From Bacteroidota bacterium (GTDB lineage: Bacteria > Bacteroidota > Bacteroidia > J057 > JADKCL01): a stretch of 64,000 nt of DNA. The number at the start of each line of letters is the position of its first letter. Position 1 is the stretch's first letter. Below, piece after piece: positions 29,345-39,304 of this stretch. The stretch covers positions 14,738 through 78,737 of the forward strand of contig JANORP010000208.1 in assembly GCA_031415375.1 (NCBI GenBank). Reading direction: 5' to 3'. Under the pieces are notes generated by a model. It did not search any database. It worked only from the letters and a program-made list of their open reading frames with translations, and had not been told where the DNA came from. Both the position numbers and the translations under genes were made by a program.

Positions 29345-30394
29345 TCATTCCTTAAAATGATTCCAACCTTGTGCCTTTACCGGCACCATCGTTCCATTTG
29401 CTGTGATCAAATGCACCCCCGCTTCTTCCTCCACCATGTGCCCAATGATGGTGATACCCTTCATTGTCTTGATCTTATCATAATTTTCGAGTGCCACAGT
29501 AAACAGCAACTCATAGTCCTCACCGCCATTCATCGCCATGGTGAGACCAGGTATTTTCATATCCTCGGCCACAAGCATCGTTTCGTGATCGATTGGCAAC
29601 TTATCCTCGTAAAAAGTTGCGCCTTTTTTGCTCAGTTTGGTGAGATGAAGCAAGTCACTCGCCAAACCATCGCTCAGATCGATCATCGATGTCGGCTTGA
29701 TGCCTTGCTCGCGCAACATCCGAATCACATCGGCTCTTGCCTCTGGCTTGAGTTGCCGACCCACGACATAATCGCGGCCCACCAAATCAGGCTGCAGCGC
29801 AGCATTCTTCAGGAAAACCGCCTTTTCACGTTCCAAGACTTGCAAGCCGGCATAAGCCCCTCCCAGATCACCCGAAACGCACAACAAGTCGTGCTCTTGC
29901 GCACCAGATCGATAGACAATGTCTTTTTTATCGGCTTTCCCAATCGCAGTCACACTCACGAGCAAACCCATGCGGCTGCTTGATGTATCACCACCGAGGA
30001 GATCGACGTCATAGTGTTGACACGCAATCTGCACGCCCTCGTAGAACTCGTCCAGTGCCTCAACGGTAAATCGACTGCTGATCGCAACCGATACCGTGAT
30101 CCCAAATGGCTTGGCATTCATCGCATAGATGTCGCTGAGATTCACGACCACTGCCTTGTAGCCGAGATGTTTCATCGGCACATAACGCAGGTCAAAATGC
30201 ACAGCTTCCACCAACAGATCGGTCGTGACTACGTGCACTTCCTTGTCATTGATGGCATATACCGCTGCATCATCACCGATCCCCTTCAACACATCGGGGT
30301 TATGAACCACAAATTCTCGGGTGAGGTGATCTATCAGCCCAAACTCTCCCAATCGCGAAATGGGCGTCAGGTCTTGCGCGCTCTCTTCAAACAT
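29345..30394 (-). CDS. thiL: Thiamine-monophosphate kinase
   Basis: 'GEFGLI', 'GIGDDAA', 'NLSDIYAM', 'GGDT', 'DLSDGL', 'GGEDYELLFT'; -7 element TATCTTTG at 30400-30407 on the minus strand. Confidence 0.95.
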   Translation of the reverse strand: MFEESAQDLTPISRLGEFGLIDHLTREFVVHNPDVLKGIGDDAAVYAINDKEVHVVTTDLLVEAVHFDLRYVPMKHLGYKAVVVNLSDIYAMNAKPFGITVSVAISSRFTVEALDEFYEGVQIACQHYDVDLLGGDTSSSRMGLLVSVTAIGKADKKDIVYRSGAQEHDLLCVSGDLGGAYAGLQVLEREKAVFLKNAALQPDLVGRDYVVGRQLKPEARADVIRMLREQGIKPTSMIDLSDGLASDLLHLTKLSKKGATFYEDKLPIDHETMLVAEDMKIPGLTMAMNGGEDYELLFTVALENYDKIKTMKGITIIGHMVEEEAGVHLITANGTMVPVKAQGWNHFKE

Positions 30395-30433
30395 ATCCAC
30401 AAAGATAGGGCAAAAATGCGTTCGCCCGACGCA

Positions 30434-31444
30434 TCAAAGTCCCAACCTCGCGCTGATCTCCAACATGCGCTGTATCGGCACCAAAGCCAGCGATCTGAGG
30501 GGCTCTGCGACATCCACTTCAGGCATGCCGTACTTCAAGCAAAGATAAACCTTCTCCAACGTATTGAGCTTCATGTGAGGACAATCATTGCAAGCACATG
30601 TACCAGTATTCGGCGCAGCAATAAAATTTTTCTGAGGGCTGGCTTTTTCCATCTGATGGATGATGCCCGACTCCGTCACGACGATGAACGTCTCAGCCTT
30701 GTCTTTCTTCGTGAAGTTGAGCAGGCCGCTTGTGCTGCCGATGTAGTCCGCGATCTCCAAGACTTGTTCCTCACATTCTGGGTGAGCGATGACCTTCGCA
30801 CCAGGATGCCGCAGCTGCAACTCCGCCAATTTCTTACGGGAAAAAATCTCATGCACCATGCAAGCGCCGTCCCAAAGCACCATGTTGCGCCCGGTGAGCT
30901 TGTTGATGTAGGCTCCCAAGTTTTTGTCGGGCGCAAAAATGAGGGGTTGGTCTTTGGGGAAACTCTCCACAATGCCCACCGCATTTGTACTCGTCACCAC
31001 CACATCGCTCAATGCCTTGAGTCCAGCTGAGCAGTTGATATACGTCACGACCTTATGCTCAGGATATTGCAGCTTGAAGGCAGCAAAATCGGCGGGTGGG
31101 CAACTGTCGCTGAGTGAGCAGCCCGCATTGAGATCCGGGAGCAAAACAGTTTTGGCAGGGTTGATAATCTTGGCAGTCTCGGCCATGAAATGCACGCCGG
31201 CGAAGAGTATGACATCGGCCTTCGTCTTGGCAGCCTCCTGCGCCAATCCCAAACTATCGCCTACAAAATCTGCAATGTCCTGAATATCTGGCTCTTGGTA
31301 GTAGTGAGCCAGCAAAACTGCGTTTTTTTTCTGCTTGAGCTGCTTGATCTCCGCAAAAAGATCCAAACTTGGATCGACATCCAAATCCAAGAAGCCAATT
31401 CGCTTCACTGCCTTGATCTGTTCTTGATTCACATTAATAATCAT
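30434..31444 (-). CDS. nadA: Quinolinate synthase
   Basis: 'LAHYYQ', '[10 protein letters not shown]', 'AGCSL', 'TYINCS', 'C.VHE', 'AHPEC', '[10 protein letters not shown]'. Confidence 0.97.
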   Translation of the reverse strand: MIINVNQEQIKAVKRIGFLDLDVDPSLDLFAEIKQLKQKKNAVLLAHYYQEPDIQDIADFVGDSLGLAQEAAKTKADVILFAGVHFMAETAKIINPAKTVLLPDLNAGCSLSDSCPPADFAAFKLQYPEHKVVTYINCSAGLKALSDVVVTSTNAVGIVESFPKDQPLIFAPDKNLGAYINKLTGRNMVLWDGACMVHEIFSRKKLAELQLRHPGAKVIAHPECEEQVLEIADYIGSTSGLLNFTKKDKAETFIVVTESGIIHQMEKASPQKNFIAAPNTGTCACNDCPHMKLNTLEKVYLCLKYGMPEVDVAEPLRSLALVPIQRMLEISARLGL

Positions 31445-31904
31445 GTTTTAAATATCTTAAAAAATTTGTAGTAGTTGTATAGGTGTGGATTGTGTTCAAA
31501 AGTAATTTTCAAGACGCTTGAATTTCTCACTACTCACATTCCAGAAATCTTATTCACATTTTAGTAAGAATTAATTGATTCATTGTGAATGCATTGGACT
31601 ACATGATCCACATACCCACATGAAGTGGGGCATTGGCACATCGGGATAAGTTTTTTGCGTGGACAGCGTGCAAAGAATGTGGGTAAATGAGGCTTCATCC
31701 ACAGCCCTGTGGATAGCGAAAATGGGAAATGCACACATGCTAGCGCCATTGCAATTGCAAACCGAGTTATCAGATTTCATCCACACACTTATCAAGACTT
31801 TTGCACCAAAACCTGTGGAATTCTTAGTAATACTAATCAGGACTTTACAAGACTTATCGTTTCCTTTGTGGATAACGAAATCGGCCCCAAGAGGGTTCAA
31901 AGAT
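31445..31904. other. Putative chromosomal replication origin (oriC)
   Basis: 460-bp AT-rich gap between divergent genes. Consensus DnaA boxes: TTATTCACA 31550, TGTGGATAA 31867. Near matches: 31484, 31604, 31678, 31695, 31708, 31777, 31814. Box-trio-AT module at 31445-31499. Confidence 0.8.
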
Positions 31905-32942
31905 ATGGTAAAGACGGTCGCAGCGGAAGAGTTTGTAAAATTGTCATGGCTGTTGCCAGTGTTGGATGTGCGCTCGCCTGGCGAGTTTCGATTAGGACAT
32001 TTGCCTGGCGCTATCAGCTTTCCCCTTTTTGACGATGGCGAACGGGCCGAGGTGGGAACGCTTTACAAACAGATGGGACAGCATCAAGCTGTCCAACGTG
32101 GTTTGGAGATCGTAGGCGGCAAGATGAAAGAGATGTTTGTGCAGGGCATGGGTCACGCCAGAGAGGGAAAGATCATGGTGCATTGTTGGCGTGGCGGCAA
32201 GCGCAGCGAGTCGGTTGCCAATCTCTTGTCGGTCGCTGGTCTCGACGTAAGCCTGTTGCAAGGAGGCTACAAAGCCTATCGCAATTGGGTGCTGGATACA
32301 TATCAGGAGCCGCACAAGTTGTTGGTGCTCGGCGGACTCACAGGATCGGGCAAAACTAGGATTTTGCACCATCTGCAAGCCCAGGGCCAGGCGATGATGG
32401 ATATCGAAGCCCATGCGGCCCATCGCGGGTCGGCCTTCGGCCGACTAGGACAGACGACTTACACCTCACCGCAACAATTTGAAAATGGCATGGCTCAAGA
32501 TTTAGCCATTATGAAGGGCAGGTATATTTGGATCGAGGACGAAAGCCGGGTATTGGGCAGTCTTTCATTGCCACAAGGATTTTGGGACCAAAAGCAGGCT
32601 GCCCCAGTTTTTTATGTTGAAATTCCAGACGAGGATCGTAAGCGCATGCTTTTGGAGGACTATGGTGCGCAGGACCATGAAGGCATCGCAGCATCCATCC
32701 GTAAAATATCAAACAGCTTGGGTGGCTTGCGCACCCAGCAGGCCCTAGATGCCCTTGCTGCCAATGATGGCGAGACCCTCACCGACATGCTGCTTGCCTA
32801 TTATGACAAGCTTTACCGTAACTCACTAGGTGTGAAGCCAACAGGTGCGGTTTACCTGTTGAAATTTGAGCGCTTCGACTTGGACGAGATCGCAGCCACC
32901 CTGCTGGCCAAGGCCACCGAACTGGGTTTTGCGGTATCGTAG
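31905..32942 (+). CDS. mnmH: tRNA 2-selenouridine/geranyl-2-thiouridine synthase
   Basis: Rhodanese 'DVRSPGEF..GHLPGA' and 'HCWRGGKRS'; P-loop 'GLTGSGKT'; 'HRGSAFG'; 'IEDES'. Start placed at ATG 31905 because the longer ORF runs through oriC. Confidence 0.92.
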   Translation: MVKTVAAEEFVKLSWLLPVLDVRSPGEFRLGHLPGAISFPLFDDGERAEVGTLYKQMGQHQAVQRGLEIVGGKMKEMFVQGMGHAREGKIMVHCWRGGKRSESVANLLSVAGLDVSLLQGGYKAYRNWVLDTYQEPHKLLVLGGLTGSGKTRILHHLQAQGQAMMDIEAHAAHRGSAFGRLGQTTYTSPQQFENGMAQDLAIMKGRYIWIEDESRVLGSLSLPQGFWDQKQAAPVFYVEIPDEDRKRMLLEDYGAQDHEGIAASIRKISNSLGGLRTQQALDALAANDGETLTDMLLAYYDKLYRNSLGVKPTGAVYLLKFERFDLDEIAATLLAKATELGFAVS

Positions 32943-33186
32943 CAAGCACACTATATATATGTGTGACAGATCCCATAGTTTCTGGTGCGGGACTAAATAT
33001 GGATGATGGCTTAAGCAATCACATAGAAGAGCTTCCTCCCAGCGCCAGAACCTCAAAAAACAAGATTCAGACTTCAACCCTTGGCCCGATTTGTGTGAGA
33101 AATATGAACCAAAGGGAATGATCCTGTAAACCGCTTTTAGCTGTGCAAGAAACCACTTAAATTTGATCATGATCCATCGCTCCGGA

Positions 33187-34311
33187 ATGAAGTCACTGCC
33201 GTCCAAATTTGTGCCTTGCCTCATGGTCCTCCTTTTCTTGGTGGCTGGGCACACCTCAGTCAAGGCTTGGGGTTTTTGGGCCCACCAGCGCATCAATCGC
33301 ATGGCCGTGTTTACGTTGCCGCCCGAGATGCTGGGGTTCTTCAAGAAAAACATCGAATACCTCACCGATCATGCCGTCGATCCCGACATGCGGCGCTATG
33401 CGATCGAGGGAGAGGCGGCACGACACTACATCGACGTCGATCATTACGGCACTTATCCATTTGAAAATGTGCCTCGCAAATGGCAAGATGCCGTGGAAAA
33501 ATTTACCGAGGACTCCCTTATGTCCTATGGCATTGTGCCATGGCATATTTACAAACACTATTTTTGGCTGGTGGATGCATTTCGTGCCGAGGACCCCGCC
33601 AAGATCCTCAAATCAGCAGCAGACATCGGCCACTACATCGCCGACTCCAATGTGCCCTTGCACACGACAGAAAATTACAATGGCCAGTTTACGGGGCAAA
33701 AAGGCATTCACGGCCTTTGGGAATCCCGGCTCGTGGAGCTGTTTGCCAACGATTATGATTTTTTCATTGGGCGTAGCCGATATTTCACGGATTTGCAAAC
33801 AGAGACTTGGCGCTGGGTTTTGGAATCGCACCTGGCGCTCGACTCGGTGCTGAGTTTTGAGAAAAAACTCACCGAGACCATGCCCAGTGATCAGAAATAC
33901 AGCTTTGAAAACCGCAACAATGCCTTGGTCAAGGCCTATTCCAAAGCTTTTTGCACAGCCTACCACGAGATGCTCGCTGGCATGGTCGAGCGTCGCATGC
34001 GTGGCTCGATCTTGCGTGTGGGCAGCGTATGGTATTCTGCCTGGATCGATGCTGGCCAACCCGACTTGAAAAAGCTTCTGGAAAAGCCCGTCGTCGAGGA
34101 AAAAGAAGAAAAGGACCCGAAAATCAAAATTACCGACCGAGAGTCGGGCGATGTGGGAGCCATTTTGGATCCCAAAGAAATGCTCTTTGGGGCATGCTGT
34201 GGGCACCGCATGGGTCCATGCCATGAGACGATGCCCAAACTCGACAGCTGTACACCCGCTTCAGCCCCCAGTCAAGCCGTCGAAAACCACCACCATGGAG
34301 GAGAACATTGA
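33187..34311 (+). CDS. Secreted Zn-dependent phospholipase C / S1-P1 nuclease family protein
   Basis: Signal peptide then 'WGFWAH', 'HYID', 'GHYIADSNVPLHTT.NY.GQ', 'GIHGLWES'; -7 element TAAATTTG at 33158-33165. Confidence 0.88.
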   Translation: MKSLPSKFVPCLMVLLFLVAGHTSVKAWGFWAHQRINRMAVFTLPPEMLGFFKKNIEYLTDHAVDPDMRRYAIEGEAARHYIDVDHYGTYPFENVPRKWQDAVEKFTEDSLMSYGIVPWHIYKHYFWLVDAFRAEDPAKILKSAADIGHYIADSNVPLHTTENYNGQFTGQKGIHGLWESRLVELFANDYDFFIGRSRYFTDLQTETWRWVLESHLALDSVLSFEKKLTETMPSDQKYSFENRNNALVKAYSKAFCTAYHEMLAGMVERRMRGSILRVGSVWYSAWIDAGQPDLKKLLEKPVVEEKEEKDPKIKITDRESGDVGAILDPKEMLFGACCGHRMGPCHETMPKLDSCTPASAPSQAVENHHHGGEH

Positions 34312-34365
34312 AAAAAGGCTCATTTCGCTGCAGAAACAACGATATATCAGCGTAATTTAGGCGCA

Positions 34366-35415
34366 GTGATTACGTTGATGAAAAGAATGACACCAACTTT
34401 GTTTGTCGCACGCCGCGCCGCAACCTGGCGCTGCGCTCTATTAGTCTGCTGCCTACTGAGCGGTCTATCGCCGCACAAGGCGCTTGCACAAGATCGACTG
34501 CAAGCCCTTTACAAGCCACAATCGATTCAGAAGCATGCCATCACGTCGATCACCGTCGAGCTCTATGCAGTGCAAGGAGGTCTCGACTCGACCAAACTCG
34601 CCGTGATCGATCCCGATTACCGCGAGCGCCTAGCCTTTGATGCACAAGGTCGCCCGACGCATTATGAGGCTACCGACATCAACATTCGCAACCACGGCAC
34701 AGCGGGGCCACATATTTGGTCGCACTATGAATACAGCGACAGCAGCGGAAGCAGCCATCGCCATGACAGCACCGTCTTCGGTCGCTCCAGCGAGTGGCAT
34801 TTTCAAAGCAACGCTGCCGGCAAACCGATGCTGGACCAAATGCTGCTGCCAGACCAAGAAGCCGTGAGCATACAACGCGAATACCTCTATGATCCTAAAG
34901 GACGTCTGCACAAGATCAAAACCAATCGCAACCGCGCCGCCGAGGGGCTGAGCGACGATTGTAACTGGATATTTTATGTCCACGACAACCAGAGCTTCAA
35001 CGCGACCTCGCTCTCACCGCAAGACATGGCGCGCTGCACTTGCAGTTTGGAGTACTTGGACGACCAAGGACGACCGGTGCGCAAGGCAATCTATGACTCC
35101 ACGGGCACAATCTCGCAAACCATGTTGCTCACATATGACCGCACCGACAAGCCGATCAGATTGGAATCGCTTGATGGCACAGGCAAGGTGCTGCATGCCT
35201 GGGCCGATGTGATCTATGGACGCAATGGTTTGGTAACGTTAGAAGTCAATGCACAACCAGGATCAGATCTCGGTACACTTCATCGCTTGGGCATCTTGGG
35301 GCAAAGCTTTGTGATGGATCATTGGGCGGATTGGCGGCTCTTGCGCGAAATCAGGATAAAGCTAGCGGGCAATGAAACCGCACGCTATGTATTCAGCTAT
35401 GCACAGCAGAAGTAG
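34366..35415 (+). CDS. Exported hypothetical protein with YD-like repeats
   Basis: Signal peptide ending ALAQ; 'FDAQGR', 'YDPKGRL', 'LDDQGRP', 'YDSTG'; start uncertain. Confidence 0.6.
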   Translation: MITLMKRMTPTLFVARRAATWRCALLVCCLLSGLSPHKALAQDRLQALYKPQSIQKHAITSITVELYAVQGGLDSTKLAVIDPDYRERLAFDAQGRPTHYEATDINIRNHGTAGPHIWSHYEYSDSSGSSHRHDSTVFGRSSEWHFQSNAAGKPMLDQMLLPDQEAVSIQREYLYDPKGRLHKIKTNRNRAAEGLSDDCNWIFYVHDNQSFNATSLSPQDMARCTCSLEYLDDQGRPVRKAIYDSTGTISQTMLLTYDRTDKPIRLESLDGTGKVLHAWADVIYGRNGLVTLEVNAQPGSDLGTLHRLGILGQSFVMDHWADWRLLREIRIKLAGNETARYVFSYAQQK

Positions 35416-36676
35416 GCCCGCCGCCGATCGCCAAGTTTCCCATCACGTGTAGTTTCTTCAAAATCGCCGCCGTGGCACCCGTATGTGCCTGCATATATTG
35501 CTGGTTCGCGGCGCGGGTATGTGACAAATGGGCGGCATCGTCGAGCCAATGACGCAGCGCTGCCTGCAACTCGCTTGCTGAACTCACTGATCGGGCACCA
35601 CCCGCAGCGACCAAATCGACCGCCTCTTGAAATTTATGGTAGCTGGGTCCAAAGATCACAGGGTTGCCATAGACCGCAGGCTCTTGGGTATTGTGTATGC
35701 CCACTCCAAACCCGCCACCGATATACACCAACGCTGAATAATGATAGAGCCGCGAGAGCATGCCCACATTGTCGATCCAGAGCACATCGGTCGTGATGGT
35801 GGCTGAAGACAAAGCGCTGTATTTCTGCATCTTTCCATGACCTTGGTGAATGTGATGGTCGATGTGGCTGCCGTGAATCTCATGTGGGGCAATGATCCAG
35901 CACAAGTCAGGCGCACGCATGTGCGCGATCGTCGGCAAGACGATGGTCTCGTCTTGGGGCCAAGTGCTCCCGACCACAATGCAGCGGCGACCATTGATCC
36001 ACTCGGCAATGCCTGGCACAGGCTCAAATTTGCCCGGCAACTCAGCCACACGGTCAAACCGCGTGTCACCCACAGCAGAGATGCGCTCCATCTCGCAAAA
36101 GCTTTCCAGCAAACGCAGGCTCTCCTGGTCTTGGGTGAATATCCAGCTGAAGGATTGAAATGCCAGCTTGTATTGTCGTCGCAGCAAGCTTTTGAGAAAC
36201 CGACTGTCGGGCCTCACCAGTACACTCACCAGCAATTGGGGAATCTTGCGCCGATGGGATTCGGCGATCAGGTTGAGCCAGAGGTCATACTTCACATGGA
36301 TGATGAGCCTGGGTTGCACGATGTCGAGAAAGACACGCGCATTGCGCGGGGTGTCCAGGGGCAGGTAGCAGACATGGTCTGCAAACGCATAATTTTTGCG
36401 CACCTCATAACCCGAGGGACTGAAAAAGGTGAGGAGAATTTTTTGCTGTGGATTCTGAGCCTTGATGGCCTCCAGCAAAGGACGGCCTTGCTCAAATTCA
36501 CCCAATGACGAGCAGTGCATCCAAAGCCAATCATTTTGTGTGCCAAGCGCTTGTGCCAGGCGCTCCTCCCAGTTGTGGCGGCCCTGCACCCACAGCTTGG
36601 CCTTGCCCACAAACACAGAAGCCACCTTGACCGCCAATCCATAGGCGCTGATCCCAATGTTGTAAAGCAGATTCAT
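35393..36676 (-). CDS. waaA: Kdo transferase
   Basis: 'WMHCSSLGEFEQG', 'FFSPSGYE', 'YLPLD', 'GDTRFDRV', 'APHE', 'GGGF..GIHN..EPA.YG.P..FGP'. Confidence 0.93.
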   Translation of the reverse strand: MNLLYNIGISAYGLAVKVASVFVGKAKLWVQGRHNWEERLAQALGTQNDWLWMHCSSLGEFEQGRPLLEAIKAQNPQQKILLTFFSPSGYEVRKNYAFADHVCYLPLDTPRNARVFLDIVQPRLIIHVKYDLWLNLIAESHRRKIPQLLVSVLVRPDSRFLKSLLRRQYKLAFQSFSWIFTQDQESLRLLESFCEMERISAVGDTRFDRVAELPGKFEPVPGIAEWINGRRCIVVGSTWPQDETIVLPTIAHMRAPDLCWIIAPHEIHGSHIDHHIHQGHGKMQKYSALSSATITTDVLWIDNVGMLSRLYHYSALVYIGGGFGVGIHNTQEPAVYGNPVIFGPSYHKFQEAVDLVAAGGARSVSSASELQAALRHWLDDAAHLSHTRAANQQYMQAHTGATAAILKKLHVMGNLAIGGGPTSAVHS

Positions 36677-36686
36677 CGAGATCGGT

Positions 36687-37463
36687 CTAATAGTAATATT
36701 CGTGTTCAGGCGCTGACTCATAGATCGGAAAGGTCCATCCAACCTTGAAATTGTAAAGAAAATCTTGGCGCTGCTGCGTATCCTTGAGGCCAGTGTCAAA
36801 ATTGACACTGCGCCGACTTTGTGTAAAATTCTGGCTCAACTCCACCCCGATGAAAAAATTGGTGAAGCGATTGTTGGCAAAGTAGCGGTAACCGAAGCCC
36901 TCCACAATACCGAAACCATTTGTGAGGCGGTCGTAGCCTTTGAGATAGGGCTTGCTGAGATAAGGCACGTTGTCACCGACAGCCGCGATGCTGATCTTGT
37001 GTTGGATGAACTGCGTTCCGATCTCGACATAGGGGCCAGAATTGAGATTTTTGGTCTTGCTGAGGCTGAAAATTTTGCCGACCATGAGCGGTACGACAAA
37101 ACCACGCTCAAAAAACCGCACGCTGTAAAAGCGCCCATCCGCCCCGATTGCCTTCAAATCATAGCCAGAAGAGGGACTGCCTACGATTTGTACCACATTG
37201 CGAGCCACAGCCTCCTTGACAGTATTGCCAAAGAGCAATTTGAGGCCCGAATAACCATAAAAATTATTGGCAAACTTGATCCCGCCCTCAGCACCGATGA
37301 TATGCGTCAATCCAAAACGCTTGTTCAGGTCGCCTCCCGGCTGGCCAAGATTGTAGGAAATGCTCAAATGACCCATTGTAATGGAGCTGTCTCGGACGCT
37401 CTTCTGCGCAAAAGCAGACATGCAGCCCAAGCCGATAACAAAAAATAAGATTGTGCGCTTCAT
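36687..37463 (-). CDS. Putative outer-membrane beta-barrel protein
   Basis: Signal peptide MKRTILFF...AFAQ; 'PGGDL..RFG', 'QHKI', 'GYDRLTNG'; aromatic C-terminus. Confidence 0.7.
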   Translation of the reverse strand: MKRTILFFVIGLGCMSAFAQKSVRDSSITMGHLSISYNLGQPGGDLNKRFGLTHIIGAEGGIKFANNFYGYSGLKLLFGNTVKEAVARNVVQIVGSPSSGYDLKAIGADGRFYSVRFFERGFVVPLMVGKIFSLSKTKNLNSGPYVEIGTQFIQHKISIAAVGDNVPYLSKPYLKGYDRLTNGFGIVEGFGYRYFANNRFTNFFIGVELSQNFTQSRRSVNFDTGLKDTQQRQDFLYNFKVGWTFPIYESAPEHEYYY

Positions 37464-37552
37464 GAATGTCATTCGATTTCTGTACTTTTGAGCCTCATTG
37501 GGTAAAATTATCAATTTGCCGCACAATTCGGAAAGATCACAATCGGGCGTCG

Positions 37553-38137
37553 ATGACACAGAACGCGGAATATTTCGCACATGAAACGGCCGTGATCGAC
37601 GAGCCGGTCAAAATCGGGAAAGGCACGAAGATTTGGCACTTTTCGCACGTCAGTGCAAATGTCGAAATCGGGGAGGGCTGCAACTTCGGCCAAAACTGCT
37701 TCATCAGCAGTGGGGTCAAGCTCGGCAACAATGTCAAGGCTCAAAACAACGTCTCCATCTACACGGGTGTCACCTGTGAAGACGACGTGTTTCTGGGCCC
37801 CTCCATGGTTTTTACCAACGTGATCAACCCCCGGAGCAATGTGAACCGCAAAGCGGAATACATGCTCACTTATCTGGAGCGTGGCGTCACCGTTGGCGCC
37901 AATGCTACCATCGTCTGCGGCACACGCCTAGGCAAATTTGCCTTTGTGGGTGCCGGCACGGTCGTGACCAAAGACGTGCCCGCTTATGCACTCGTGACAG
38001 GTGTACCTGGGCGCATCGCAGGTTGGATGAGTGAGTACGGTCACAAATTAAAATTTGATGCAGAAGGCTTCGCCACCTGTGAAGGCAGTGGGGAGCGTTA
38101 TCAAAAAATAGGTCAAACGGTTACCAAAATCGCATGA
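37553..38137 (+). CDS. Hexapeptide-repeat sugar N-acetyltransferase (WbpD/WlbB-like)
   Basis: 'HETAVID', 'KIWHFSH', 'GQN', 'QNNVSIY.GV..EDDVF.GPS.VFTNV.NPRS', 'GANATIVCG'. Confidence 0.9.
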   Translation: MTQNAEYFAHETAVIDEPVKIGKGTKIWHFSHVSANVEIGEGCNFGQNCFISSGVKLGNNVKAQNNVSIYTGVTCEDDVFLGPSMVFTNVINPRSNVNRKAEYMLTYLERGVTVGANATIVCGTRLGKFAFVGAGTVVTKDVPAYALVTGVPGRIAGWMSEYGHKLKFDAEGFATCEGSGERYQKIGQTVTKIA

Positions 38138-39282
38138 TGACAAAGGCAACAGAGATCAAGATGGTCGATACCATCGGCCAATACCGCCACATACAGGCAG
38201 AAGTCGATGCCGCCATACACGAGGTGCTGGAAACAGGAGCCTATATCAATGGCCCTGCTGTGAAGCGCTTCGCCGAAAATTTCGGCAAATACCTCGGTGC
38301 CAAAGTGGTCATCCCAAATGGCAACTGTACCGACGGCTTGCAGATCGCCCTCATGGCATTGGGACTACAACCAGGCGACGAGGTCATCACATCGCCCTTT
38401 ACCTTTTTTGCAACCGCCGAGGTGATCGCCCTCTTGGGCCTGATACCCGTCTTCGTCGATATCGATCCCGCGACCTTCAACATTGACCCCTCCAAAATTG
38501 AAGCCGCCATCACTTCAAAGACCCGTTGCATCATCCCTGTACACCTTTTCGGATTGTGCAGCGACATGGAGCCCATCTTGGAGATCGCCAAGCGACATGA
38601 CGTCTATGTCGTCGAGGACAATGCACAGGCCATCGGCGGGGAATATACCTTTGCCGACGGTCGTAAATGCACGACCGGACTCATGGGCGATATCGGCTGC
38701 ACATCGTTTTACCCCAGCAAAAATCTAGGCGCCTATGGCGATGCAGGTTGCAACTACACCAACGATGCAGATCTGGGCGAAAAAATGCGGATGATCTGCA
38801 ACCATGGCAGCCGCAAAAAATATTACCATGAGCGCATCGGTGTCAATAGCCGCATGGACTCCTTCCAGGCAGCAGTGCTCGATGTGAAGCTCAAGCACCT
38901 TGATACCTACAATGCCACCCGTCAAGCCGCCGCCGGCTGGTACGATGCCTTGCTAGTCGGCATACCCGGCATCGTGCTCCCTGGCCGCACAGCCAACAGT
39001 ACCCACGTTTTTCACCAATATACCCTGCGCATCCAGGCGGGCCGCGAGAAGCGTGACCGCATGCAAGCCCTCTTGGCCGAGCGTGGCATACCCACAATGG
39101 TGTATTATCCCGTGCCGCTGCATGTCCAGGAGGCAGCAGCACCCTATGGCTATCAAAAAGGAGACTTTCCAGTCTCTGAGCTAAGCAGCGAGCAAGTCAT
39201 CTCTCTGCCGATGCATTCAGAGTTGGACCGCGACCAAGTCACATATATCGTGGAGCAATTCCTTGCCTGCTATCAACAATAA
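38134..39282 (+). CDS. DegT/DnrJ/EryC1/StrS sugar aminotransferase (WbpE/PorR-like)
   Basis: 'EDNAQA.G', 'SFYPSKNLGAYGD', 'GVNSR.D..QAA', 'H.FHQYT', 'YYP.PLH'. Confidence 0.9.
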   Translation: MMTKATEIKMVDTIGQYRHIQAEVDAAIHEVLETGAYINGPAVKRFAENFGKYLGAKVVIPNGNCTDGLQIALMALGLQPGDEVITSPFTFFATAEVIALLGLIPVFVDIDPATFNIDPSKIEAAITSKTRCIIPVHLFGLCSDMEPILEIAKRHDVYVVEDNAQAIGGEYTFADGRKCTTGLMGDIGCTSFYPSKNLGAYGDAGCNYTNDADLGEKMRMICNHGSRKKYYHERIGVNSRMDSFQAAVLDVKLKHLDTYNATRQAAAGWYDALLVGIPGIVLPGRTANSTHVFHQYTLRIQAGREKRDRMQALLAERGIPTMVYYPVPLHVQEAAAPYGYQKGDFPVSELSSEQVISLPMHSELDRDQVTYIVEQFLACYQQ

Positions 39283-39304
39283 TCAACAGCTCAAGAAAGA
39301 GAAC

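Noticed and set aside
31659-31904. 82-aa N-terminal extension of MnmH and small ORFs at 31561-31900
   Set aside because: They overlap the DnaA-box cluster; MnmH homology begins at ATG 31905.
32826-33365. 179-aa minus-strand ORF between mnmH and the nuclease gene
   Set aside because: Overlaps both real genes in antisense and has no motif; likely a promoter/terminator region.
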